Positions 39,709-51,480 of a stretch of DNA of 64,000 nt are shown in pieces (within the stretch, counting starts at the first letter, position 1; every line of letters starts with the position of its first letter). The position numbers and the translations under genes were made by a program. The stretch is from NCBI GenBank assembly GCA_951406725.2, contig OX597817.1, forward strand, positions 138,322,001 to 138,386,000. The letters run 5' to 3'. The notes beneath the pieces were generated by a model. The model searched no databases and had not been told where the DNA came from. It saw only the letters and a list, made by a program, of their open reading frames with translations. Origin of the DNA: Octopus vulgaris (taxonomy: Eukaryota).

Positions 39709-40494
39709 ACGATGATTTTCAGCTAAATCCTATAATTTTAGTTAGTGCAATAAATTTAGATTTGATTTTAATAGGCTTTAAAAAGACTTTTTTAGGGATC
39801 AACAGATTTGAGCAGGGCTTTATGGGTACATTCCAGGGAACTGTTTCCCCTTTCCCTCTATTTATACTTAGTTTACACCACTTTTTAAAGCAAATATTAC
39901 AATGCTTGGGTTGTTTTGTAAATAATTGATTCCTGTATTTTCAACAACAATCAATCATTAAATAATTGTATTTATGAGTTTCCTCAAGTTTTTCAATTCA
40001 GTATCCTTTGTTTAAACTTAAGACTTACAACCAAAACCATTGCAGCTATGGTCATCTCTCATAATTCAGACAAGATAATGTAGTTCTAGATACACTATCC
40101 TTCAGTTAAGTATGATTTGAATGAGTTTTGGTGTTATTTCTAGCATGTTGGTCTGATTCAGTATTAGTGAATGGTTATTTGGTTTACAAGATTTCATCTT
40201 TAGAATATTTAAGGTTTATCAACTGCTTCCTTTTACATATTATCATTATTATTATTATTATTTGCAAGCTGGCAGTATTGTTAGCGTGCCAGACGAAATG
40301 CTTAGCAGTATTTTCATTTGTTCTGAGTTCAAATTCCACCGAAGTCGACTTCACCTTTCATCCTTTCGTTGTTGATAAAATAAGTACCAGTTGACTACTG
40401 GGGTTGATGTAATTGACTCATCTGCTCCTCCAAAATTGTTGCTGTTGTGGACAAATTTGAAACCATTGTTATTTTGATTTGTTTTTATTGCAAC

Positions 40495-40633
40495 ATCTCC
40501 AGCCACGGAGGGTAGCCCCTCTAATGGCTACATCTCTGCCAGTAACATTTACCGGAGATGACATCAAATCCTGGATAGGAAGCATTTCAGTCATACATTG
40601 ACTGTGGTGTGCCGTTTAACCCCAGGGACATAG
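40495..40633 (+). ncRNA. Box H/ACA snoRNA, copy 10
   Basis: Same core. ACA at 40628-40630. Confidence 0.88.
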
Positions 40634-41249
40634 TTTAGTTCAAGCAGTGATAAGTACAGCAGTTTGATTCAATTACAATATTTTTTTACAGAAGATTCCA
40701 AGGTATATTTATCCTTAGGTACACTTGTGGCTGTGTGGTATTTAGGTTTCCTTCACAACCGCATGGTTTCTGGTTCAATCCTGCAGCATGGTACTTTTGC
40801 CATTATGTATGTGCACTAGTCTCATTGTATTGATATCACTGAGTCTGACAGTTTGACAAGACCTGGCAAGTCAGTAGATTGTATTAGGCTCTGCTGTCTG
40901 ATTTACACACACACACACATCAGTGGCACTCCATCAGTTGTAATGACGAATGTTCCAGTTGATTTGATCAACTGTACAGCCTGCTTGTGACTGACCACTC
41001 CACAGACACAAGTACCCTTAACGGAGATTCAGCATGACATGAGTATGAAAAGGCTGGCCCTTTGAGCTACTGGTACAACTCATTTTTGCCACCTGAGTGG
41101 CCTGGAGCAATGTGAAATGAAGTGTCTTGCTCAAGGATATAGAGGGCTGCTGGGAATTGAACTCCTGACCTTACAATCAAGAGTCAGATACCCTCACCAT
41201 TAAATCATCACAAAATGTGTGTTTACATACATGTTGGTGATACTGATGA

Positions 41250-41640
41250 TGATGTGACTAATGGTTGGTAGCTCCCCCTACTGGCTTTCGGCTTCATTCG
41301 CCTGGCTTGTCTGCTCATGACCTGCTCAAGTGCAACTTTCTTGATAAAGACTGCAGCTGGTTGATCTCTCAGGAGCAAAACCCATAACTGGATTAATGCT
41401 AAAATCTTTTCTGCAGTCTTGTAGAATTTGTGCTGTGACATCCACACCACCAAACGTTCTTTTCTCAATCATTCTGGCAAATGTGACCTGACAAGTGTCA
41501 TTGAGGTGGGCAACAGGAATGGACTCAATGTTTTTGGGTTTTGTCGTATCAACTTCAAGTACAGCAGCCAGCATTGTCAGTTCAGATGTGATTCAACTTG
41601 ATGTGCTTGTGAAGTGTCAGTTTCTGGTGTACAGCAAAGT
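41250..41640 (-). mobile_element. Degenerate 3' end of an RTE/BovB-like LINE
   Basis: Frameshifted KDFSINP...RDQP..FIKK residues resemble RTE C-termini. Weak similarity by eye only. Confidence 0.4.
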
Positions 41641-41756
41641 GTGTGTGTCGGGTGGGGGGTGGGGCAACAACTCCATAGGTCTTTGACTTGTCTAAGATGA
41701 GATACACAACAAACAAGCATTGTACATTGTATGAAGTAAGTCTATATTATGGCAAC

Positions 41757-41895
41757 ATCTCCAGCCACGGAGGGTAGCCTCTCTTATGGCTACATCTCTG
41801 CCAGTAACATTTACCGGAGATGACATCAAATCCTGGATAGGAAGCATTTCAGTCACACATTGACTGTGGTGTGCCGTTTAACCCCAGGGACAGTT
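41757..41895 (+). ncRNA. Box H/ACA snoRNA, copy 11
   Basis: Same core in largely unique flanks. ACA at 41890-41892. Confidence 0.88.
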
Positions 41896-42681
41896 TATCA
41901 TTTTATCTTCAGATGCTAATGTCTCACGAAATTTGAAGTGATTTAGTTTTCTGTTAAAGGACTTGCTGCAGAAATGGTTCCATGCTGATGAAGTCCATTC
42001 TTACTAGACAATGATAAGGGCAGCTATCTTCTAGTATAGAGACTTTGGAGGTTAACATTGGAATTTGATGGATAATAAAAGAAACCAATGTTGTGAGGTT
42101 GACATAATTGTCTAAGACCTTTATGGTGGAGCTTGGCCACTGTCTAAATGAGTGAAATGGATCAAAGAAATAAAAGAATTATTTCAGTTGATAATCCCAG
42201 CTTGGCTGTAGATAGAAGCTTAGATGCTTAACCAGGGAGTAACATTGGATGCGTATTGACAGATCTGTGTTGGAAGATGTAATGCTATGAAAGCATTGTA
42301 GCTTCTAACTTGATACTATTTTGTAGCAACATGTCTGTTGGTTTCATCCACCTTGGATTTAAATGCATCATCATCATCATCATGAACATAATAAACAACA
42401 TTTAGGCTGTACACTTAATGTGTGTGGAAAGAAAGATCCTTTGTTTGGTGAACCAGATAAAGCTTAGTGCCAAGCAAAAACATTTGAATGTAACACAATG
42501 CAGTCTTGATGTGTACTCACCTAACCCATACCAGTATGGGAAAACAGACATAAAATGAAAAGTTTTTTCCAGACTAAAAAATTTATATTTGTAAATTCTG
42601 ATTTTCTTTCAGCTCTTCTTTAGTTCTGGACACAGGTAGCTGTCAACTTTCTGTGCATTTCAGGTTTTTATCAAATGTTTT

Positions 42682-42820
42682 ATCTCCAGCCATGGAGGGT
42701 AGCCCCTCTAATGGCTACACCTCTGCCAGTAACATTTACCGGAGATGACATCAAATCCTGGATAGGAAGCATTTCAGTCATACATTGACTGTGGTGTGCC
42801 GTTTAACCCCAGGGACACTA
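42682..42820 (+). ncRNA. Box H/ACA snoRNA, copy 12
   Basis: Same core with GCCAC changed to GCCAT (G-U pair with the target). ACA at 42815-42817. Confidence 0.86.
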
Positions 42821-43452
42821 GCACTGACTTTCAGCTAAATCCTATAATCCAGTTTGTGTAATAAATTGAAGTGGATGACTTGATTTCAGTCCTGTTCCTT
42901 CGAATTGAGCTACCTGTCTGAGATCACACCTGGTTCTATGTTAGAAACTTTTACATAAATTAACGTCTTCATTTAAAAAAAACCCTTGTTAATTTGTTTC
43001 AAATATTGCCTTAATGAGTTATTTTCCAAATTAAGCAGAAGCAAGGTAGTGTATTTCCTCTGAAAGATGTTTAAAAAAAAAAGTATTAAAAACTGGTCAT
43101 GGAGATAAAAAGAAAAGCAAAAACTTAGAATAGTTAGTCATTAAGATAATTGTATTTATGAGTTTCCCAGTTTTTCAGTTGAATACTATTTGTTGCATTT
43201 GTGGCTGTGACCATTTTTTTTTTATTCCAGACCAGATTAAAGTAATTCTAGAGACCACCTTCAATTTAGTGTGAATGAACAACTACTAGCCTTATTCAGT
43301 AAAAATGTTGCTTAGTTAAATATTGAAATCTTTAATTAGAATGAGGTACTTGATGACCACAATTAGATTACAAATTCCTTTGTTTGTCAAATGTCCAATA
43401 GTAACTTCTTTGTCTTGTGTTCCATGTCTATTCTCATCTGATTTACTGAAAG

Positions 43453-43591
43453 ATCTCCAGCCACGGAGGGTAGCCTCTCTAATGGCTACATCTCTGCCAG
43501 TAACATTTACCGGAGATGACATTAAATCCTGGATAGGAAGCATTTCAGTCACACATTGACTGTGGTGTGCCGTTTAACCCCAGGGACACTA
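43453..43591 (+). ncRNA. Box H/ACA snoRNA, copy 13
   Basis: Same core with hinge ACATTA. ACA at 43586-43588. Confidence 0.88.
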
Positions 43592-44200
43592 GCACTGACT
43601 TTCAGCTAAATTTTATTATTCAATTTGTGTAATAAATTGATGTGGATGACTTGATTTCAGTCCTGTTCCTTCAAATTGAGCTACCTGTCTGAGATCACAC
43701 CTGGTTCTATGTTAGAAACTTTTACATAAATTAACGTCATCATTAAAAAAAACCCTTGTTAATTTGTTTCAAATATTGCCTTAATGAGTTATTTTCCAAA
43801 TTAAGCAGAAGCAAGGTAGTGTATTAAATATTAAAAACTGCTCAGGAAGATAAAAAGAAGAGCAAAAACTTAAAATAATTAGTCATTTAGATAATTGCAT
43901 TTATGAGTTTCCCAGTGTTTTCCAATTCAATACTATTTGTGGCTGTGGCCATTTTTTTTATTCCAGACCAGATTAAAGTAATTCTAGATACCAACTTCAA
44001 TTTAGTGTGAATGAACAACTACTGGCCTTATTCAGTAAAAATGTTGCTTAGTTTATTATCTACTTAAATATTGAAATCTTTAATTAGAATGAGGTACTTG
44101 ATGATCACAATTAGATTACAAATTCCTCTGTTTGTCAAATGTCCAATAGTAACTTCTTTGTCTTGTGTTCCATGTCTATTCCCATCTAGTTTACTGAAAG

Positions 44201-44339
44201 ATCTCCAGCCACGGAGGGTAGCCTCTCTAATGGCTACATCTCTGCCAGTAACATTTATCGGAGATGACATCAAATCCTGGATAGGAAGCATTTCAGTCAC
44301 ACATTGACTGTGGTGTGCCGTTTAACCCCAGGGACACTA
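44201..44339 (+). ncRNA. Box H/ACA snoRNA, copy 14
   Basis: Same core. ACA at 44334-44336. Confidence 0.88.
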
Positions 44340-45024
44340 GCGTTGACTTTCAGCTAAATTTTATTATTCAATTTGTGTAATAAATTGAGATTTGATCTTA
44401 ATAGGCTTTAAAAAATCCTTTTTAGGGATCAACAGATTTGAGCAGGGCGTTAGGGGTACATTCCAGGGAACCGTTTGCCTTTCCCCCCTATTTATACATA
44501 CACCACTTTTTAAAACAAATATTACAATACTTGGGTTGTTTTATAAATAATTGGCGTTAGGAAGGGCATCCAGCTGTAGAAACATTGCCAGATAAAACTG
44601 GAGCCTGGTGCAGCCTTCTGGCTTCCCAGATCCCCGGTCGAACCGTCCAACCCATGCTAGCATGGAGAATGGACGTTAAACGATGATGATTCCTGGATTT
44701 TCAATTCAGTATCCTTCGTTTAAACTTAAGACTTACAACCAAAACCATTGCAGCTATGGTCATCTCTTATAATTCAGACAAGATAATGTAGTTCTAGATA
44801 CACTATCCTTCAGTTTAGTATGATTTGAATGAGTTCTGGCTGTTATCTCTAGCATGTTGGTCTGATTCAGTATTAGTGAATGGTTATTTGGTTTACAAGA
44901 TTTCATCTTTAGAAAGTACCAGTTGAATACTGGGGTCAATGTAATTGATTCACCTCCTCCAAAACTGCTGCTCTTCTTACAGAATTTAACACACCATTAT
45001 TATTTTCATTTGTTTTATTGCAAC

Positions 45025-45163
45025 ATCTCCAGCCACGGAGGGTAGCCTCTCTAATGACTACATCTCTGCCAGTAACATTTACCGGAGATGACATCAAATC
45101 CTGGATAGGAAGCATTTCAGTCACACATTGACTGTGGTGTGCCGTTTAACCCCAGGGACATGT
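45025..45163 (+). ncRNA. Box H/ACA snoRNA, copy 15
   Basis: Same core with one stem mismatch (GGCTAC to GACTAC). ACA at 45158-45160, about 80 nt upstream of the 3' splice site. Confidence 0.86.
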
Positions 45164-45244
45164 CTTGTGAAGTATTTACATTAGCAACTGGACTTCTGTT
45201 GTTATTATTATTATTTATTCTATGTCCACATTACATTCTTTCAG

Positions 45245-45309
45245 ACAGCAAAGCTCACCGTAATGGTATTTATAGACCGAAAAGATTCAGATGTCCTTCA
45301 ATGAAAGGT
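45245..45309 (+). CDS. RPL29: 60S ribosomal protein L29, second coding exon
   Basis: TTCTTTCAG|AC...GGT|GTAAGT. 65 nt encoding (N)SKAHRNGIYRPKRFRCPSMKG, phase-compatible with both neighbours. Confidence 0.95.
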
Positions 45310-46068
45310 GTAAGTAAACTTATGTTGTCATTAAAAAATTTTTTTTATTTTTTTGATAGCGTTTCTGAATGAATAAGGAAAGATTACAACTGGTATTCCT
45401 TTGGTTGTGCCACCTGTATGTGATCTGGTTGATCTGATCAACAGAGTAACTCGCTTGAGGAATGGATGTGCAACTGGCTGAGCACTCCACAGACATGCAT
45501 AACCCATGATATAGTTCTTAGGTAGACCCAGCATGACACAGAATGGGACAAGACTGGCCCTCTTTGAATTACTGGTACAACTCATTTATGCCAGCTGAGT
45601 GGACTGGAGCAATAAAGTGAAATAAATTGTCTTGTTGAAGGACACAACACACAGACAGGAATTGAACTCACAACCTCATGATTCACCAATAAGAAGTAGC
45701 TGTGAAAGTCTCAAGATTTTGCAGTCTTTAAAAATATTTACATAATTTATTAAGTCTTCATTCTAGACTGTATCTCAGAAGGAAGAATACAATAGTAAAT
45801 CTTGTGGAACCTGTTTAGAATGGGTGGATGATTGCTCCATGGAACTTTCCACATATTTGGGATGGCACTTGTCTATTGAATTCTCCTGCAACTGTTATGC
45901 ATTGTTTTATCCATTTATTTATTAGGAGTAAGTGGTTATCTTGTAAGGAATAATGCCGATATTTTACTGTGATGAAATGTGTGTTGGTTGAGTGGGACTT
46001 GTCAGTTTGGGTGCAGTTTATGAAATGTGTTGTTTTGATTGTTAAAAGTGTAATTGTATCGTTTGCAG

Positions 46069-46248
46069 GTTGACAGGAAGTATCTGAGAAATCTTCGGTT
46101 TGCTCGAAAACACAACAGATTAATTCCAAAAGAAGAGAGGAGAGAGATGCGTGAGGAGAGACACAGAATTAAAATGGCCAAACGAGCTGCTGCCAAAGCT
46201 GAAGCCAAAACTGCAGTAAAGGCCACTTCTACTACTACTACTTCTTAG
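46069..46248 (+). CDS. RPL29: 60S ribosomal protein L29, last coding exon (protein 93 aa)
   Basis: TTTGCAG|GTT. Encodes VDRKYLRNLRFARKHN plus a charged/Ala-rich tail, ending in TAG. Confidence 0.95.
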   Translation, partial: VDRKYLRNLRFARKHNRLIPKEERREMREERHRIKMAKRAAAKAEAKTAVKATSTTTTS

Positions 46249-46278
46249 GAAGGAAGAATGTTTTGAGGTGTTGTGGGA

Positions 46279-46284
46279 AATAAA
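46279..46284 (+). terminator. Polyadenylation signal of RPL29
   Basis: AATAAA 30 nt after the stop codon, followed by a T-rich element. Confidence 0.7.
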
Positions 46285-47804
46285 ACACTGGAAAATCTCG
46301 ACGATTCTTTGTTCTTTATTACTTGCTCATAGTAAAGATTTCTGTCTATAGAATGAATGCTGGTTGATTGATTCCTTTGGTCAGAAGAGAGAAAAGAAAA
46401 ACACCAAGTTAAGGTACAGGATGAGTACATATACTAGGCTTTGTGCCAGGAAATGAATAAAGGAATGTTACATGTACATAGTGTGTGTTTGTGAACTTCC
46501 ATAATATAAAGTTAATGTGTTTTTTTGTTTTGTTTTTTTAAAACTCAGCATTGCCTTACTGGCATGTGAAAAACAACAACAGTGCTGCCAGACTGGCCCT
46601 CATGCAGGTGGCACGTAAAAGTATCCACTACACTCTTGGAGTGGTTGGCATTAGAAAGGGCATCCAGCTATAGAAACTTTGCCAGATCAGATTGGCATCC
46701 TACCAATGCCAGCATGGAAAGTTGATGATGATAGTCTGGCTATTTCATTCAACTTTATTTTAAGGTAATACTAAGAAATTGGTATTCACCAAGAAATTTA
46801 CTAAAAGTTAAAATAGGTATGCTATATTTCTTGAAATTAACCCATGTTGATGAAAGAATACTTGCAGAGTAATCATATGATTGGTATGCAGTTGTGAGAA
46901 GCCAGCAAGCAATATCAGCTGACTGATATCAAGCAATATCAGGTTGGGTCATACAGTTGAGATAATCGCCTCCAACAATTTTTAAATGAGGTGTCATCTA
47001 TCTCCAGCCAATCTTTATTGTGTGTCCATGTTGGGAGCAGATGATGCTGGTTGAAGTGATTGAGGTAGTGTGTGTGTGGGTTCACTTTTCCATGCTTACA
47101 TGGATCAGACAATTTATTGATGCAGATTTTCTACGGCTGGATGTTCTCAATATTGGAAAAAGACGACAGTGGTGCTCCTATACAACAGGTTTTCGAGTAC
47201 TGTCTTCCAAGTAGACACACAAACCTTTGGTTGGCCCGATGCTGTTGTAGAAGACACTTGCCCAAAGTGCCATGCGGTGGGACTGAACCCAGAATCGTGG
47301 TTGGTAAGCAAACTTATTGCCACACCTGTGTCCATGGCAAACTACATAAGACTTCGACTTGTTAGAGACAATGCTGCATTTTACCACAATCAGGATTGGT
47401 CGATGAATAAAAGGACTTTGAGCTGACCACCTGATTAACAGAGGACTTCTATGAGACCAGCTGTAAACTACTGACCAGATCCGTGGGGAGAAAGATAATT
47501 TGTGAGAAGAAAAAAAATGTTAAGTAGACAGCAAAAAAGATGAGAAAATAGATAAGATGTGTGAGGTTCTGGATTTCAAAGTAGTATGCCTATAAATGTG
47601 GAACTCGTTAGTCTGTATAAACCCAGAGAGGTAAACCAAGAAGATAGCTGTGTGATTAGAGACTTGGTAACATCCAGACTATTTCGAGGACTTGTTGGTT
47701 ATTCATGTAACATCAAAAATAAAAAGTCTTGCTTGAAACGAAGCAAATATTTGGCCATTGAACTGATAAACAGAAAAGTAACAAAATTATTGCTTTAGTA
47801 AAAA

Positions 47805-49995
47805 TCGGTTTATGACTTTCATCACCTGGTCCAGCATTTCGATATCTAATTATTCCTGTCAAAGACATCACCTTTACCTTTGTAGCAGTTGACTTTAATG
47901 TCGCTACATCAGTCGTCGGGTATGACTTCCTCTTGGACAACCTGATTAACTATACGAGTGACCAGGTCACACTCTGTATCGCCGGATATTTTAAGCATCT
48001 CAGTTTTGCTTCCTGATGGGCCAGTGGTTTTATCTGTCTTCATGTCCTTAATTGCTTTATCAAGTCACTGTCGATTCAGACAGTTGGGTCAACATTTGGC
48101 AGATTCACATTTAGCAGCCTTTCATAATAGCATTTCCAAGCCTCTTTCTTTGCAGAATCATTAAATGCAAGTGCACCATCATCCATGTGGACACATTTCT
48201 CTCACACAAAACTCTGGTCTTCATGTTACAAAACAAGCAAACTTCTTTCCTACTTCTTTCCTACCTAGATATACCCGTCTCCTAACTTCCCTTCTGGCTA
48301 TCTTATACGGTTTACGGTACTACCGCCACACTTCTGGTCTTTCCAGGCCTGTTTTGTTGCTCTAATGGCTTTGTCTACAGCATTATAGTCAACTGCTACA
48401 AAGGCAAAGGCGACGCCTTTGGAATAATTACAGAGGTATCAAATTGTTTGACCAGGTGATGAAAGTCATAACTATATAAAATGCAGTTCGGATCTGTGCC
48501 AGGCAGGAGCACGACTGATGCTATATTCCTGGTTAGGTGACTACGGGAGAAATGTCCAACCAAAAATAAACCCCTGAAACTAGCATTTGTCGACATGGTG
48601 AAAGTCTTTCACAGGGAACCCCCGCTCCCATATCTGGTGGTCAATGCAGAAGCTAGGGATACTGTCAGTAAGATGAAGGTTAACAATAAGTATAGCGATG
48701 AATTTAGGGTACAAGTAGGGGTTCACCAAGGATCAGTCTTCAGCCCATCTTGTTCATCATAGTCCTCCAGGCAATAAAAATAATTTTAGACAGGTTGCTC
48801 CTGGGATCTCCTCTGCTGATGACTTTGTTCTAATATCCGAATCACTACCAGAACTAGAGAAGAAATTTCAGACGTGGTAGCAAGGTAAAGAATCAAAAGG
48901 CCTTAGAGATATTCTAGAAAAAAACAACAACATTATTAATCCCTTCAAGTAGATGGCTTTGCTCGATCTGTAGAAAAGGCGTAGGTAGAAACTGAATAAG
49001 ATGTGGCCGGTGTAAGTATGGACACTTAAGAGATGCAGCTATATCAGAGGAAGGTTGACAGGGAAAATAGTTTTTGCTTGTGGGTGACGCACAAATACAA
49101 TTAACACGAAAAACGTAGAGGAAACAGACTCCATCAAATGTCAGGTGGGGAAACTAGAAGTAGTTAATAGCTTCTGTTACCTAGGTGACCAAGTCAGCAA
49201 CGGGGTGGATGCTCCGAGAGTGTAGCTGTTAGAAAAAGAATAGGCTGAGCAGAGTTCAGAGAACTATCTCTGTTGGTAACAAAAGGCATCTCTGAATGAA
49301 AGATTGTATGATGCATGTGCGAACAGCCATGCTACACGGTAGTGAAACATGGGCTGTGACCACCGAGGACACGAGTAAGCTTGAAAGAAATGAAGCTAAT
49401 ATTGTTCGCTAGATGTGGCAATGTCAATGTGCATGCACAACAAGGTGTAAGCGTCTTGATAGAAAAGTTGGGTATGAGAGGAATCAAGTGTGGTGCGCAA
49501 GAGAGACGACTGCGCTGGTATGGTCATGTGGTGCATATGGACGAGGACAGCTGTGTAAGAGGTAGATCCAGGAAGACATGGGATGAGGTGGTGAGGCATG
49601 ATTTAGGAGGCAATGACTAGTGGCCGAGACCTTTGGCGATATGTGCCGTGCTTGAGAAGACCAGTCGAGTCAAATGAAATAGTAGCCGTGACCGACGCCA
49701 GTGTCGCGTAACTGGCACATGTGCCAGTGACAGGTAAAAAGCCCCGAACGTTGAGCCCCATGGAGGCAGTGACAAGTGATCGAGACCTTTGGCAATATAC
49801 TGTGCTTGAGAAGACCTGTCAATCCAAGTGAGATCTTTGTCGTGGCCGATACCGGTGCTGCGTAACTGGTACCCATTACACTGTTGGAGTGGTTGGCGTT
49901 AGGAATGGCATCCAGCCGTAGAAACATTGCCAGATCAGATTGGAGCCTGGTACAGCTTACCAGTTTTCAATCAAACCGTCCAACCCATGCCAGCA
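47805..49995. mobile_element. Degenerate RTE LINE with an inverted 5' part (47805-48380 minus; 48382-49995 plus)
   Basis: The plus part has frameshifted CYKGKGD, QGSVFSP, YLGDQVS and ERRLRWYGHV plus the tail. The minus part carries upstream sequence and a second CYKGKGD segment. Confidence 0.8.
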
Positions 49996-50384
49996 ATTAT
50001 TCAAGCTACGGGAAGCCACACGAAATATTAACAACGTACAGTAAACTTCATGAAATGAACCTTATGTAATAAATTTTCGTTATAGATATTTTTCTGTTTT
50101 AAAACACTCTCTTGATTGGTTTATATGAGGTGACCGAAAACTTTTGCATAGCCATTTTTGGTGGTCGTCTTTCATCCTCCCCTCTCATTCAGAGCCCCTA
50201 CTACAAAATATAAGGATTAGGTATGAAAATGACTCCAACAGGGCCATTCGTCTGTAAAAGATGCAATGCGAAACATCCACTTATAATTTGGCGATTAGTA
50301 GACATTTTCAATAGTTGAAAGTGGCCGAAGACTTTAGCTAGTTAATTTGTTTTCATTATTTGCAATTTTAATATGTATGAAGGA

Positions 50385-51000
50385 ACCTCTGGAAGAGGTA
50401 GACCCAGGAAAACCTGGGATGAGATGGTGAAGCATGACCTTCGAACATTGGACCTCATTGAGGCAATGACTAGTGGCCGAGACTTTTGGAGATATGCTGT
50501 GCTTGAGAAGACCCAACAAGCCGTGGCTTATGCCAATGGTGTATAACCAGCCCACCTAGGAGTTCCCTTCATTCATTGGTCAATAAACTATGCTTGCAAA
50601 GACCTATTGAGGCAAGTGAAATCAAAATCAAAATTGCTGACGTGGCCGATGACAGCACCGCCTGATTGGCACTCGTGCCAGTGGAACATTAAAAGCACCA
50701 TCCGAGTGTGACCGTTGCCAGGGCCGCTGGACTGACTCCCGTGCAGATGGCACGTAAAAAAATACCTTTTGAGCGTGGTCGTTGCCAGAACCGCCTGACT
50801 GGCCTTCGTGCCGGTGGCACGTAAAAGCACCCACTTACTCTCGGAGTGGCTGGTGTTAGGAAGGGCATCGAGCTGTTAATGGGAGTAAAGAGTATATGCA
50901 GATCAGATTGGAGCCTGGTGCAGCCATCTGGCTCACCAGTCCTCAGTCAAACCGTCCAACCCATACCAGCATAGAAAGCGGACGTTAAACGACGATGATG
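50385..51000 (+). mobile_element. RTE 3' end with UTR and (GAT)n tail
   Basis: GGAAGAGGTAGACCCAGGAAAACCTGGGATGAG (GRPRKTWDE) followed by the family 3' UTR ending GGACGTTAAACGACGATGATGA. Confidence 0.8.
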
Positions 51001-51117
51001 AGGAGGATAGAGGATCTTATTCAATTTGCTGACTACGCATTTGTATTGAAGGAGCTTTGCGCAATCGATTTCATGTTGCACATATCAGAATTACATTGCT
51101 TTCAGCAGCACGAGCAG

Positions 51118-51480
51118 TGGAGGCGCAATGGCCCGATGGTTAGGGTAGCACACTCGCGGTCGGAGGATCGCGGTTTCGATTCCCAGGCTGGGCGTTGTGT
51201 GTGTTTATTGAGCGAAAACACCTAAAGCTCCACGAGGCTCCGACAGGAGGGGGACCCCTGTAGTACTCTTTCGCCCCAACTTTCTCACACTCTTTCTTCC
51301 TGTTTCTTGTCCCCGACTTCCTACGCAACCGCTGAGTCTGGATGCGCATTCATCCATCCGACGATGCTCTCGGTGTCGGGGGTTGACCTGCTTTCTCTTC
51401 TGCAGGTCTTACGAATAGCAAAGGACCACGTTTCGGATTTCTCCCACTGGGACGAAGACCGCTTCACTCAACAACAACAG
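51118..51480 (+). mobile_element. tRNA-derived SINE (related head on the minus strand at ~56280-56422)
   Basis: Head GGAGGCGCAATGGCCCGATGGTTAGGG...GGTTTCGATTCC with A/B boxes and a (CAA)n tail. No intact cloverleaf. Confidence 0.65.

Noticed and set aside
33507-45163. CRISPR-like array, or a protein repeat from the recurring ORFs (MAGDVAIK..., MTEMLPIQ..., MPFNPRD...)
   Set aside because: The context is eukaryotic, the repeats are 139 nt with 500-1100-nt spacers that are often homologous, and there are no cas genes. The ORFs change frame and ends between copies and are by-products of the duplicated snoRNA units.
46117-46245. C-terminal extension of RPL29 as a novelty
   Set aside because: Variable Lys/Ala-rich tails are normal in animal eL29.
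51118-51190. tRNA gene
   Set aside because: A/B boxes are present, but there is no proper acceptor stem and the sequence runs into a SINE body.
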